Positions 36,845-50,314 are shown, numbered from the stretch's first letter. The stretch: 64,000 nucleotides of DNA from Octopus sinensis (GCF_006345805.1 NC_043002.1:19592001-19656000); one strand, 5' to 3'. The notes: generated from the sequence alone by a model not told the origin. A program made the numbers and translations.

Positions 36845-39691
36845 CTAAAGTTTGAATTTAAATCACAGAAATTAATTTTGCCTTGTTTTCATAGGCCTCA
36901 CAAAATAAGTATAACTCAATAGATTTAATCCTTCAACCAGTTTAACACCACTATATGGATTTTGGTTATCTTTATCAAATTCCACCAGATTGCAAATATT
37001 TGGTTCAGGGCTCCAGCAAGTCAAAGGATAATCTTAGAGTTATAGTTCTTCACCTCTCCCTCCAGAAGTCTTGGAAGTGGATGAGTGCCACAAAATACTC
37101 ATGGCTGCTACATGCTCATCTCCTCTGAATAAACCAACAAAACGAATTTAATCAGCCATGATTCCGTTGAAATACTTAATCTTGTGACTATTTTAGAAAA
37201 CATACTATTGTTGCAATGTTGGCAAAGGTTGACAGCAGAATCAGTAGAGCTGCTAAACAAAATCTCCAGTGGTATTTAGATAGTTACATTCCTTTATCCC
37301 ATCAAGGATGTTTTGGGCTTTCATCCTTCTGGAGTCTATAAAATAGTTACTAGAGGCAATTCAATCAACCAACCTGCTTCTGTCACTCATAAAAATATAT
37401 TTGTGGCATTGAATCTAATTTAGAAAATATTACTGCTTTAATGACAAACCTATAATGGTGAATGGTAGATCAGTAAAGCACTGGGGAAAATGCCATAGAG
37501 TATTTACTTAAGACTCTTTACCATGCTGTGTTCAAGTCCCACAAAACTCAACTTTCTGTTCATCTCTCTAGGAGTAAGTACTATGGCAAGATCTAGGACT
37601 CATAGGGCCAGTTACTCATTTCTGTGGTCATAACATTTCCAACACCTGTCTATCACAGGGTTACTAATTTTTAGCTGGACTGAAGCAATATGAAATGAAG
37701 CATTTTGCTTGAGAACGCAATGCAGTGCTCAGTCCAGGAACTGAAACCATGATCTTGAGAGCGCAACACTGTAACCATTAGTTCATCTACCTTCATACTA
37801 TAAGCACAAGTTATTTATTGACTACACCCTTACTCTATATGTAGGTAGTGGGTAGTGATTTTCTTCACTACTTCAGGGAGTGACAACCCTGTCTGACATG
37901 AGTCCCAGGCTCAGCTAGCTCCAGCTGACAGTACCCGGTATGGGACCCTATCCAGGGTTACGGAAGGAGACAACCTTCAAAGAAATCCGGAGTGGAGCCC
38001 CGTAGGCAGGTTAGTGTTCGACTCAACACTCTTCTGGCAGCTCCTGCAACCAAGCTAGTGCCAAACGTAATGCTCTGCACTCCTTTGGACTACGTCAGCA
38101 AGGTCGAGGAAGGAATCCTGACGATTGGGCTACCTAGGATTTTCTTACATCTAGCCCAGGCCTGCGCAAAACTGGAGAGGACATGAAATGTAAAAACCAG
38201 ACTGGATTAATTTATGTGCAACTCCATTGTCTCCCAAGACAAAAGGATGCCAACAACTCTAAATATTTTGTATCCTTATTAGGTGATATCCTTATTGAGT
38301 AAGTGTAAGTTTCTATCTAAAGTCTATTGAATAATTTCTATTCCCAATTCTTTACTGCTCACTCATTGAATTCATGAGAAAGGTATGAAATCTACCCCAT
38401 TTAATTTTGCATCTCCCACATAAATGAAATTTTAATCAGCATTATTATCATAGAAATAATACCAAATCACATTTTCATCATTACCATCACTATTAACATC
38501 TGTTTTCCATGCTGGTATGTGTTGGGTGGTTTGACAGGAGCTGGAAAACCAGAACACTGCACCAAACTCTATTTGCTTGCTTTGGCATAGTTTCTACAGC
38601 TAGATACTCTTCCCGACTTAAACCACTTTACAGACTGCTTTTTAGGTAGCACCAGCAAGGTCACCAAATAATTTGCAAGGCAAGATCCTTCAACTGATCA
38701 TCTAAAAATACACACACACATCGGATAGGAGGAACTAAGGATTTTTTAACTGCTAGCCACACACAGTAATCATGGCTAGAAGGTCTTTCATGATATATCT
38801 ATCACTAGTAAAGCAGCAAAGAAGGCTATACATGGTCGCTGGAACTGCTAGAACTAGCAGCCAAATTTTCTTCAGACTCCACTACCTTAAAAAAAAGTAA
38901 TAATACATTAAAGAGAGTATTCCAAGATGAGCTATGCCTGAAAACTAGATGGTATATTCATAGCTGAAATATCTTTGACTCTAAGTCAACTGTGCCCAGA
39001 ATAAACAACAACAAATGTAATCTGTATTAAGATTTGAACACATATCTATGCCCCTTAATCTCACAACAGTTTCAAAGTTAACACTCATATTTCTGTTGTT
39101 TTAATCCTCAGATCAAATTTGAAATAAGTTTCAGTTAATTACTCTTCATTATCAACAATATTACCGTCACATACACACACACGTAAACTACAAGGTTAAA
39201 AAATCTTTCTAATATAGGCACAAACTAGAAATTATAGGAGGGTGGTAGTTGATTATATTGTCTCCAGTATTTGATCGATATTTATTTTATCGATCCTAAA
39301 AAAAAAAAAAAGGAGAAGTTGGGCTAGACGTGATTTGAACTCACATTGTAAAGATCCAGAAAAAGTACCGCAAAACATTTTGTTTGATGCTAAGGCTTTT
39401 TATATATAACCCACAACCTGATGATTAAGAGATTAGTATCACGTTTAATGATGCTACTGAATTTAGAGATAAGTGCAACTTTTATCAACCTTGGATATTT
39501 GAGAAGACATCATTATTACCGGCAGTTGATTAAATATCTAAATGTCTTACTTAGATTCGTCGTTAAAGTTGTATCGTGCCTAGCCATGTTCTTTGTGTGT
39601 TTGAATGAGACAAAGTGTGTGTGTATGTGTGTGTACTGAGAGCTCAATTAAGTGTACGTGATGCATAGGGAGGGTATAATATTCTACTTAC

Positions 39692-40225
39692 CCTGACGTC
39701 AATTAATCTATGGGTAATCGGAATAAATTCATTTAAAGACAAATAACCGTCTTCATCAAAGTCATATTGGTCGAACAACGTCAGTCCCGCCTCGCCTACG
39801 CTGCCCAGAAGTTCTTGCTTGGCATTTTCGTAGTTCAATTTCTCAATTGATTTCTTGTACAAAATAGCAACTACAGCAACAATGATGCTCAACCAAAACA
39901 ACCAGGATTTCATATACTTCATGCAGTTAAAAAATTTCATTTTTATTTTTGAATCGCCAGTTTTTTTGCCTTTCTTATTTTGCATTCGTTGGTCTTTCGT
40001 GACATCATTGCGGTTCGAACTCGAGTTGGTATTTACATCTCTAGAAAAGTTATCGGAATTCCGATGAGAAGAAGAAGCAGCTTCCTTTGATTTCTTCGGT
40101 GAACTCTTGTTTGTCTGTCGGTTCCTTGATTCAGGATATTTAGGACTCGGTGGAATCGTCTTATTGCCTAACTTGGCAGGAGACCGCGTAACGACGGAAC
40201 CAGAAGGCCCCGTCGTACTGGCCAT
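39692..40225 (-). CDS. SELENON: Selenoprotein N, coding exon 1 (aa 1-178: long basic N-terminus, TM helix, EF-hand)
   Basis: ATG at 40225. The ORF-track start at 40258 is a GTG. Translation has a TM segment WLFWLSIIVAVVAILY, then ELLGSVGEAGLTLFDQYDFDEDGYLSLNEFIPITHRL, resembling SELENON [35 protein letters not shown] (recalled). Donor AGG|GTAAGT at 39691, phase 0. Confidence 0.9.
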
Positions 40226-40400
40226 CGTTAACTTCGCCAATACACTCAACTGGCGCACCTCTTACATTATATACTCACGCCAAGTATCGGAATTTTTAAC
40301 ACTGCGAAATAACAGCATAATAATTAGAAATAAATAAACAAATTAAAACGGTGACTAGGAAGATACAGTGGAGGTTAAAGTGGGGGCGGAGACAGTGGGG
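40226..40400 (-). promoter_or_regulatory. SELENON 5' UTR / proximal promoter region
   Basis: Lies directly upstream of the ATG. Exon 1 and its flank are visibly CpG-rich relative to the window and are bounded by a purine tract at about 40380-40510. TSS not determinable. Confidence 0.35.
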
Positions 40401-41189
40401 AGAGAGAGAAGGGGGAAAAGAAGACAGAGTGAGTGAGAAAACAAGAGAAAGAAAAGGATAAAACTAGAGAAAAGGAAGAAGATGAGTGTTAGAGAGAATA
40501 ACTGATAACATAGAGAGAGGAAATGATATTTCTCATTTCCTCTCTCTCTATGTTATGGCAAATGCAATGGGCAAATAACTCTAACAACAAAATTTTGGCT
40601 TACTTCTCTCTATGTGATATAATAACAATGAAATTATTGTAGACAGTGCTCAGGTGCACATATGTCGTTACTAAGGCCAAATAACGCCCTGATCGAGTAG
40701 ACTTATGATCGAAAGCATTCTAGCTGTGACTATCCCATCTCGTTTCCCAGAAACAATGCACCCTGAACTATATCATCTAGGCGGTACGTTGCTAGTTAGG
40801 AGATTTAGCTGCTATTTCTAGTAGTTCGAGCGTCCAAGCCGCCTCTGATTTATTTATGTGGTTTGTCATTTATGCATAAGTACACGTAACGAAGTATGTA
40901 TGCGCTTAAATATGAATATACATACATGCATATCCCATGGGGGGTTGCATTTACAACCCCTATCTCAATTTGTATATATATATATATATATAATTATATA
41001 TATATATATATATCAAAAATAAGCAACAAGAATGAATCCGGTAATTTAGTACAATTGTTTCATACTACAACATTTTATTAAAAGCTGTAAATATTACAGC
41101 AGATTTAAGATGCCGAGTTATCTTCAGCTAATTTTATATAGGTTTTCCAATAAAGTTCTCAGATCAATTAATAACATGAATCTAAATTG

Positions 41190-41232
<43 letters not shown>

Positions 41233-41956
41233 CAAACGGTTGGAGGATGCCCGAGAACCTACCAGACACACACAGACAGACAGAACGGATTTTATATAAT
41301 ATATATACATATATATATATATATCCTATTGCGCTCAAATTTGATACGTACATACCGACGGTATCAAGGCGTGTATAAGTCTTGAAAAAATTACAAAAAT
41401 CAATTCCAGGTTGGAATGCTATCGATACTACGCGTACGCGAGTAAAATGCACTTGCAGTTTGCGCAAAAAATGCCGGCTGGCTTGAAATAATGCCACAAA
41501 ATGCAGTATATTTGAGAGACCGAAAAAGTTAGATGCAAAAGAGATATTTTCTCCAAACTTGGCATGAAGGAAGGAAAGACTATTTGGTTTCGCAAGAAGT
41601 TTTTTTTTTTTTTTGCTTTAACTTCGTTTAACAAAACCAAAAATTTTATTGAAATAAAGGCATACTTAATTATTTTTTAATGAAAAGAAAACACTGATGT
41701 TTGTGTTCTCCAAGTCAACAGCCTTATCATTACTGGTACTTTAAACTCTTCGGTTGCATATTTGTGTGAATAAAATAGTTTTTCTTTGGAAAAAAGTCTA
41801 TCTTTATTTCTTCTTTTGCTGGTGTCTCAAATGTAGGTTAAATCCGTGTTTCTCAAGGGGGAGGCCTATGGGATGATCGGACAAGTTGTTTTGAGAAAAT
41901 TTGGTTTAAATATTTGACAACTGAGCACCGTCCATTAGATGAGGGGCGTTTTGCAC

Positions 41957-41957
<1 letters not shown>

Positions 41958-41993
<36 letters not shown>

Positions 41994-42142
41994 TATATAT
42001 ATAGTATATAGATAGATATATATAGATAGATAGATAGAGAAGATAGATAGATAGAGAGATAGATAGATAGATAGATAGATAGATATAGATAGATAGATAG
42101 ATAGATAGATAGACAGACAGATAGACAGACAGACAGACAGAC
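41958..42142. repeat. (TA)n-(GATA)n-(GACA)n compound microsatellite
   Basis: Seen directly. Confidence 0.95.
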
Positions 42143-42442
42143 AAATAGGTAGATAATGAGAAGTTTTGTTCACTTGTGACCTAAACGAATAGGTACGCTG
42201 ACTCAATGTTATGGTTGGTCGTCCTCTAGGTTCCAAGCTCACAGGTGAGGCTGGATCTAGGGATCTGCATTAGGGTTCCGTTATAGCAGGTATATATTGT
42301 ATTAGAGAAAAAAAGCAACCAAAGCAGAACGAGCATCTCAAGTGATTTAGAATAATTTAATTAAGGTGAGATTTACCTTACCTTAATTAAATTATTCTAA
42401 ATTACTTGAGATACTCGTTCTGCCTTGGTTTTGCTTTTACCT

Positions 42443-42485
<43 letters not shown>

Positions 42486-42887
42486 TTGTACTTGTTTCAG
42501 TCGTTTGACTGCGGCCATGCTGGAGCACCGCCTTTACTCGAGCAAATCGACTTATTCTTTGGAAGCTTAGTCTATCGGTCTCTTTTGCCGAATCGCTAAG
42601 TAATGGGGATGTAAACACACCAGCATCGGTTGTCAAGCGATGTTGGTGGGGGGGGACAAACACAGACACACACATATATATATATATATATACATATATA
42701 TACGACGAGCTTCTTTCAGTTTCCGTCTACCAAATCCACTCACAAGGCTTTGGTCGGCCCGAGGCTATAGTAGAAGACACTTGCCCAAGGTGTCACGCAG
42801 TGGGACTGAACCCAGAACTATGTGGTTGGTAAGCAAGCTACTTACCACAATAATAATAATAATAATAAATGCCCTGATGCAGTACCA

Positions 42888-43450
42888 GGCAGTGGCTCTC
42901 GTGGCTTCTGATCTTAACTGATTGGAAGTGTTATCATGTACATTGTTTTGTCTTGGTATAAAAGATGGGCTACAGCAAATATTCTGCTCAATACCACAGA
43001 TTTGCTTGTCAGTTGTTTGACCTTAACCAGTTGAGCATGTCCCTTGGTGGCTGACGATATGTGCATCTCTGATCACGAGCAGAAGTAGTGGGGGAGCATC
43101 ATAGCCATGTGTTGAGAGGGATTCTTTGGGGTTTGAATAATTCACCTCTGGAAACATGGGTGTTTCGTTCAACGTCCTTAAACAACCCTTATTCAGGGAC
43201 CTTTTGAGCGGGATGGGTTACTCGATCTGAAGAAAATTCTAACTGGGCTCCACCTGCAAGGTTATGTGCTGTTTATCTTGATATGAGATCACCATGTCGC
43301 GCACATATGGTTGTGATGCATGTGCCTGGTGTACCCTTATCAGACAGGTAGTCATGATGGGTATACTGGGCTTCGTATATTTTACCCCAGTGTCACTTTG
43401 ATGGCATGCTCTGCTCGCTCACTCAATAATAATAATAATAATAATAATAG
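42888..43450 (+). mobile_element. Probable non-LTR retroelement 3' UTR flanked by (AAT)n
   Basis: Non-coding block of higher GC with (AAT)n on both sides. No ORF, family not determinable. Confidence 0.35.
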
Positions 43451-44425
43451 TTGTTGTTGTTGGTATCCTTTTTGTCTCGGGAGATAATGGAGTTGCGCAT
43501 AAAATAATCTAGTCCGGCTTTTACATTTCATGTCCTAATACATTTCCTGTTGTGGCTGTGTAGTCCTATCTTGGACAAACACTCCCTTTGGCAGGTGCCG
43601 CAAATGTAGCGAAGACTTTGCCTGGCTGGTTGTAATGTCATAGTTTCTTGTTGACGTCTTTTCTTGTCTTTTCATTTCTCCTCTCTCCCTCTGTCACTCC
43701 TTTGTGTTCCCTCTTTTACGGTACGTCGCCAATCTGCATGGTTGCTGGCAACTGCTTCCCATTTGTTAATATTGATGCCACAGGCCTTCATGTCCCTTTT
43801 GCAAACATCCTTGTATCGTAAGGACGGTCTTCCCACAGACCTAGTGCCCCTAGCAAGCTCTCCGTAGAGTATGTCCTTGGGGATTCTGCCATCTTCCATA
43901 CGGCTAACATGTCCAAGCCATCTCATACGTCTTTGTGTGAGGCGTGCAATCATGCTTGGTATTCCTGCTTGCTTGAGGACATCTTTGTTGGTGACATGAC
44001 TCTGCCATTTGATGCCAGGGATTTTCCGGAGGCAGCGCAGGTGAAAGATATTTAGGCGACGCTCTTGGCGTGTGTACGGCGTCCAAGTTTCACTTCCATG
44101 CTAAGTACACATGCCTGGTAAATCTTCATTTTTGTGGTCTTGGTCAGCTTGTTGTTGTCCCATGCCCGTTTGGAGAGTTTGGCCATCACAGCAGCAGCCT
44201 TGCCAATGCGTATGTTGAGCTCGGCATCAGGGGATAGGTTGTAGGTGACGGTAGAGCAAGATAGGTAAACTGCTCCACCTCCTGTAGTCTGTGGTCTCCA
44301 ATATGTATGTTTGGGATGTCCGATGTAGCTTGATCCATGATGTTGGTCTTCTTGAGGCTGATAACTAAGCCAAAGTCGCTACATGCTTGCTCAAAACAGT
44401 TGATGAACCTTTGCAGGGCTTTATC
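43440..44425 (-). mobile_element. RTE-BovB-like LINE 3' fragment
   Basis: GLVISLKKTNIM, LLYGSETW, FHLRCLRKILGIKWQ and LTQRRMRWLGHVSRMEDGRIPKDILYGEL..G.R..GRP motifs, with a frameshift. Tail is (CAA)/(ATT)n. Confidence 0.88.
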
Positions 44426-44488
44426 AGGGTAATAAAGATTTTCGAAATTTATACTACTAGTGGCCTAGCGTGTAGACAAATTAGTCAT

Positions 44489-44540
<52 letters not shown>

Positions 44541-44649
44541 AATATATATATATATATAATTTTAATCCAAACGGGAAAACAAAAAAACAACAACAATGGA
44601 ACAATTACAGTATTATTATTAATAGGCGCTCAGGAAATGGAAGCAGGAA

Positions 44650-44690
44650 GGTATGACGTTTCGAGCGGAGCTCTTCGTCGGAAACATAAA
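44650..44690 (-). ncRNA. Hammerhead-ribozyme-like motif in Penelope terminal repeat
   Basis: CCGACGA-A-GAGC(UCC)GCUC-GAAACGUC. U4C core variant with a minimal helix III. Confidence 0.5.
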
Positions 44691-45419
44691 GAAGAAAAGA
44701 GAGAGGAAAGAAAGATCCCAAAGCGGGCAACAGGGAGAGAGAAAAAAAAAACGACTGGTGTTTACGAGTTACACATGGTGAAAGGCGGAAGTTTACGATA
44801 ACAAGAGCAAAGTAGGTTTTTAAAGCCAAAAGAGTGGAGACAAGGTTGGTAACGCAACAGATGTGTGTGTATGTGGAGTGTGTGCGTGTGCGTGTGTGTA
44901 TGTGTGTGTGTGAGCGAGATAAAAAAACAAAAAATATATGTATGTGTTAGTGTGTGCGTCTGTGTGTAGGCGTGTGAGGTAGGGCGAGACAATGGTAGGC
45001 AAGCAGACAGTGGTCAGTAGTAAGAAAAAGAAGGAAAGAGGAAGGGAGGGAGGGGAAGGGGTGGGGGCGTATGTAGCGTGCCAGCGTGTGTTGAGTAGTA
45101 GTGTGTGTGTGTGTCCAGTGTCGTGGTAGTATTAATGGCGAGTAGATTGAATGTGTGTAAGAGTAATGTATATATTTAAGCAATGTATGTATATGTGTGC
45201 GCGCGTGTGTAACAAAAAAGGGGGGGTTAAGGAAAAAGGACTACAGCTGAGGGGAAGATGGAAGAGTGGTCCCGCGGAGACGGGCGTGGGGAAACCCAAC
45301 GACAAGCGACGGTCCCAGGAACGAGCGGGAGGTCTCGTCGGGTCCAAGAGCGAGGTGCATGCGGCGCGTATGCGTGCGCGAACCGGCGCAAGCGCGTGTG
45401 TGCGCGCGCCTGCGACTAT

Positions 45420-47540
45420 GCGCGTAAGTATGTATGTGTGTGGATGTGTGAGTGTGTCTGTGTGTATGTCTGGGTGTCAGTGTGTCCGATGAATGTATGT
45501 GAGTATGTGTGTATATATGTGTGCATAGATGTATGTCCGTGTGTGTGTGTGTATGTGTATGAGTGTGTATGTATGTACGTGTGGGTGTGTGGAAGTGTGT
45601 GTATGTGCATGTGTGTGCGCGTGCATACAGGTGTGTGAGTGAGTGTGTGTGTGTGTATGTATGTGTGAGTGTGTATGTATGTGTGTGTAGGATGCATGTA
45701 TGTGTATGGGTGTATGTATGTGTGTGTGTGTGTATGTATGTATGTTACGTGCGTGGTGTGTGTGTATGCTGTAGGTGTGCGCGTATGCATGCATGCATGT
45801 GCGTATGTGTGTGTGTGTTGCATGTGTGTGGGTATATATGTATGTGCGTATATGTGTGTGTATGTGCGTACATGTGTGTGTGTGTAATGCATGTGTGTGT
45901 AGTAGGTGTGTGGCGTGTGTGTATATAGTATGTATGTAAGTATGTATGGGTGTGTCCGTGTATGTGTGTGTATGTATGTGTGTGTATGTAGGTGTGTGGG
46001 CGTGTGTATATGTGTGTGTATGTGCGTACATGTGTGTGTGTGTATGCATGTGTGTGTATGTAGGTGTGTAGGCGTGTGTGTATAGGTGTATGTATGTAAG
46101 TATGTATGGGTGTGTCCGTGTATGTGTGTGTATGTATGTGTGTGTATGTAGGTGTGTATATGTGTGTGTATGTAGGTGTGTGGGCGTGTGTATATAGGTG
46201 TATGTATGTATGTCTGGGTGTGTCCGTGCATGTTTGTGTGTGTGTGTATGCATGTGTATGTAGGTGTGTGTGTACGTGTGTAATGTATGTGTGTATGCGT
46301 GCGTGTGTGTATGTAGGTGCGTGTGTATGTGTGTGGGAGTGTAGGTGTGTGTGTGCGTGTGCGTGTTTATGTTGGTGTGTGCGTATGTGAGTGTGAGTGT
46401 ATGGGTGTTTGTCATGCATGTGTGTGCGCGTGCAGGTGAGTGTGTGTGTAAGTATGTGTGTGTGTATGTTTGTGTGAGTGTGTATGTGTGTATGTCTGTG
46501 TGTATGTATGTGCGTATAGGAGTATGTAGGTATGTGTGTGTGTATGTGTATGGGTGTATGTATGTATGTATGTGTGTGTGCATGTGTATAAGTATATGTG
46601 TGTGTGCGTATGTGTGTGTATGTGTGTGTGTTTATGTATGTGTGTATGTATGTGTGTAGGCGCGTGTGTGTAGATGTATGTATGTATGGGTGTGTGTCTG
46701 TGTGTGTTTGTGTGTGTGTGTAGGTAGGTGTGTGTGTCTGAGTGAGGGTATGGCTGTGTAGGTGTGTGTGTGTGTGTATGTGTACGTGTGCGTGTGTATG
46801 CGTGTGAGTGTGAGTGTATGGGTGTATGTCTGAAGTAGGTATGTGTGTGTATGTATGTATGTGTGTGTGTGTGCGGGTATGTGTGTGTGTGTGTGTATGT
46901 GTGTGTGTGAGTAGGTGTGCGTGTATGTATGTGGGTAGGGATGCATGCGAGTGTGTGGGTATGTATGCATACATACGCACGCGCACATCCGAAGCAAGCC
47001 CACACACACGAAGCGCGCTCACGCACACAACGCACAAGCAGTACAACGCAAGCCCAAGGGGCCGACCAAGCCCCCAGCGCGCCAAGGCGCGCGAGCGCAA
47101 AAGCCCTCGAACGCCCCGCTACGCGGGAACCGAGGATCCATCAGCCAAAACCGGAAAGCAGAAAAGAGGGGGGGCTGCCTGGATGCAAAAGGGGTATGTG
47201 TGTGTGCATTCAGTGTAAGGGTGTGCATGTGTGGGTATGTACGTATGTGTGTGCCTACATGTATGTGTGCATGTGTGTGTATGTGAAGTATGTACGTGCG
47301 GTGTGTGTGTGTGAGTGTGTGTGTATGTATGTGCGTATGTATGTGTGTATGTATGTGTGTATGTATGTCTGTGTGTGTGTGTGTGTAAGTATGTATGTGT
47401 GTGTGTATGTATGTATGTGTGTGTGTATGTGCATGTTGGTTTGTATGTTAGTGTGTGCATGTATGTCTATAAGTGTGTGTGATTAAATGTGTGAATGTAT
47501 GTACGTAGATGGGTCTACGTATGTGTGTGTGTGAACAGGC
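45420..47540. repeat. Compound (GT)/(AT)/(GTAT) low-complexity microsatellite block
   Basis: Long imperfect dinucleotide repeats. Source of the spurious H/T/Y and V/C/M ORFs. Confidence 0.95.
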
Positions 47541-47589
47541 GTGTGGGAGGTAGGTGGGTGGGTGGGTGTGGGTGGTGTATCCGGGAAAA

Positions 47590-48410
47590 AAAATGGATCT
47601 CAAGAGGAGGGGGCTGTGTTAAGTCCGTGTGGGGTGGTAGTTTGTAGGGTGAAGATGTAGCGTTGCTCCAAGTGGAGCCTGGAAAGTGGGCGACCATTGT
47701 GGGGGGCGAGACCAAACACTGAGATGTCATCTAGGGAATGGCCGGCCGAGCGGAAGTGGCGTGCGACGGGAGAAAAAGAGTGTAGGCGAACGTCCCTCAA
47801 GTGTTCAGTGAAACGGTCGGACAACCGGCGTCCCGTCTGTCCTACATACAGCATCCCGCATAGGTTGCATTTAATGCAGTAAATAAGGCCAGACGAGGTG
47901 CACGTAAAAGAGTGCCTAATGCGTACAGTATGCTGGTTGGAGCCGGTGACAGCGGTGGTGTTGGTGATGAAGGGGCACGTGTTGCAGCGGGATCTAGAGC
48001 AAGGGAATGATCCGTGTGGGGCTGAGGGGGAAGGAGAGAGGGTGCTGTGGACCAGGAGGTCACGCAGATTGCGGGCTCGTTTGAAAGAGGACAGGGGTGG
48101 GTTAGGGAAAATGGGGCAGGTGGTGGGATCAAGCTGGAGGCGACGGAAGGCACGTAGTATCTTGCGACGAAGGGGTAGGGTAGAGGGGTGGAAAAGGAGG
48201 GGGAAGGGGTGCGGTTGGGGTGGGGGGGGCGCGGGGGGGAAGGAGACAGGGCGGTAGTGCGGTCGATGCGACGGGCGCGGGTGAGGGCATCAGAGAGGAG
48301 TATGGGTGGGTAACCTCGGAGTCTGAACATGCAGGCCAGGTATTGAGATTGGGTCTCGAAATCCTGGTCGCGGCTGCACAAACGTCGGAGGCGGAGGAAC
48401 TGGGAGTTAT
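47590..48410 (-). mobile_element. Penelope-like element, RT thumb + linker Zn-finger + GIY-YIG endonuclease (Neptune-like)
   Basis: SQFLRLRRLCS...F..RGYP, then after one frameshift in the G-runs near 48210-48240: FKRARNLRDLLVHS, PCSRSRCNTC, LIYCIKCNLCGMLYVGQTGRRLSDRFTEH, LEQRYIFTLQT..PHGLN. Confidence 0.9.
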
Positions 48411-48474
<64 letters not shown>

Positions 48475-48565
48475 AGAGTTTACGAAAAAAAAAAACAAAA
48501 GACGAAGACAGGTGGTGTACAAAACAAACAGATGTATTAGTATAACGCTCAGGAATAGAAAAAGT

Positions 48566-48601
48566 CTTTTACGTTTCGAGCCTACGCTCTTCTACAGAAA
48601 G
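48566..48601 (-). ncRNA. Hammerhead-ribozyme-like motif in Penelope terminal repeat
   Basis: CUUU-CUGUAGA-A-GAGC(GUAG)GCUC-GAAACGUA-AAAG. Helix I is CUUU/AAAG and the core has an A6U variant. Confidence 0.5.
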
Positions 48602-48673
48602 GGACACAGAAAAAACAAGGAGAGAAAAAAATGTGTGTAGTGGCTAACGATCTATCATGGCGATATACATACA

Positions 48674-48709
<36 letters not shown>

Positions 48710-48734
48710 TATAATATATATATATATATTTATA

Positions 48735-48949
48735 TAATTTATTATAAGAAGGAGCTTCTACAGGACTAGTACTGTTTCATTCAAGAGAAATCTTCAGGAA
48801 GCTATTTAACAAATTGTATTAGCATTTATACATTTAGGCAGGTTTAAAGGAGTGGTGGTGGGGACTTTTTTGGGGGTAGGCATAGCACAAAATATCATAC
48901 TTGGGGGAGTGGTCAAGGAGTCAGTGGTAAGTTAGATGAAAGAATAGAT

Positions 48950-48983
<34 letters not shown>

Positions 48984-49569
48984 AAATAAAAAAAAAAATA
49001 AAAAATAAAAAAAATAATAAAAATATAATAAAAAAAAAAAAATAAAAAATAAATAAATAAAAAATAAAAAATAAAAAATAAAAAATAAAAAATAAAATGG
49101 TGCACATACATACATAAACACATATACATACACACACACATACGTACACATGTGTGCCTATACATACCTACACATACACACATACATAATATATATATAT
49201 ATATATATTATATATATAATATATATATATATATATACACAATCAAATACAGGCCCATTCCCTAATTTTAATTTTATTATCTTCATTTATTACTTTTGTT
49301 ATCTTTGATCGCTAGGGCTAAGGATCCTGGCGATGGCAGCATGTCCAATTGTCTGTCTACTAGAAGGCAAGTACTCGTTCCCGCACGCACACTCATTAGC
49401 ACGTACATACACCCATTCGTACACTCATACACATACACGTACGCACGCGTTATATTCATACATACAAACATCTACATACGTTCACGTATATACACATACG
49501 TACTCGTACCTACAGATTCATGTCTACACTTTAGGAGGCTAGTCTATATATATACACCAATAAATATAC

Positions 49570-49602
<33 letters not shown>

Positions 49603-49679
49603 CACATATACACATACACACACACACACACATATATATACTCCTACATACAGATACATACCCATATATATATACATAT

Positions 49680-49752
<73 letters not shown>

Positions 49753-49992
49753 TATACATACATACACACACACACATATATATACACACACATACATACA
49801 CATATATATACATACACAAACATATATACACACATATATATATATACATATATACACACATACATACACACACCTACATACATATACACACAAACACATA
49901 CATACGTAAACATACATACATACATCCATACATCCATACTTACATGCATTTATACGCATACATACACCCCCATCTATATATAATATATATAT

Positions 49993-50034
<42 letters not shown>

Positions 50035-50314
50035 TCACACATACATATACAAATATACGCCCACACATACATACATACACGTATACGCATACACGCACAT
50101 ACACATATACATGCGTACCCATACACGTGCACACACGCACATGCATCCATATATATACACACACACACATATATATACACGTGTGCAAGCATACATACAT
50201 ACTCATACACGCACACATACTTACATATACATATATGCACACACTTACACACATATATACATACACATATACATGCATACATACATATATGCATACATAC
50301 ACACACGCGCACTC

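Noticed and set aside
37870-38200. GC-richer block resembling a LINE 5' UTR, tested for an HDV-like ribozyme
   Set aside because: A P3/L3-like GAG-TCCCAGG-CTC is present, but I could not find matching P1/P2 pairings.
40226-40258. ORF-track start MRQLSV at 40258
   Set aside because: The codon is GTG. The first in-frame ATG is at 40225 and was used instead.
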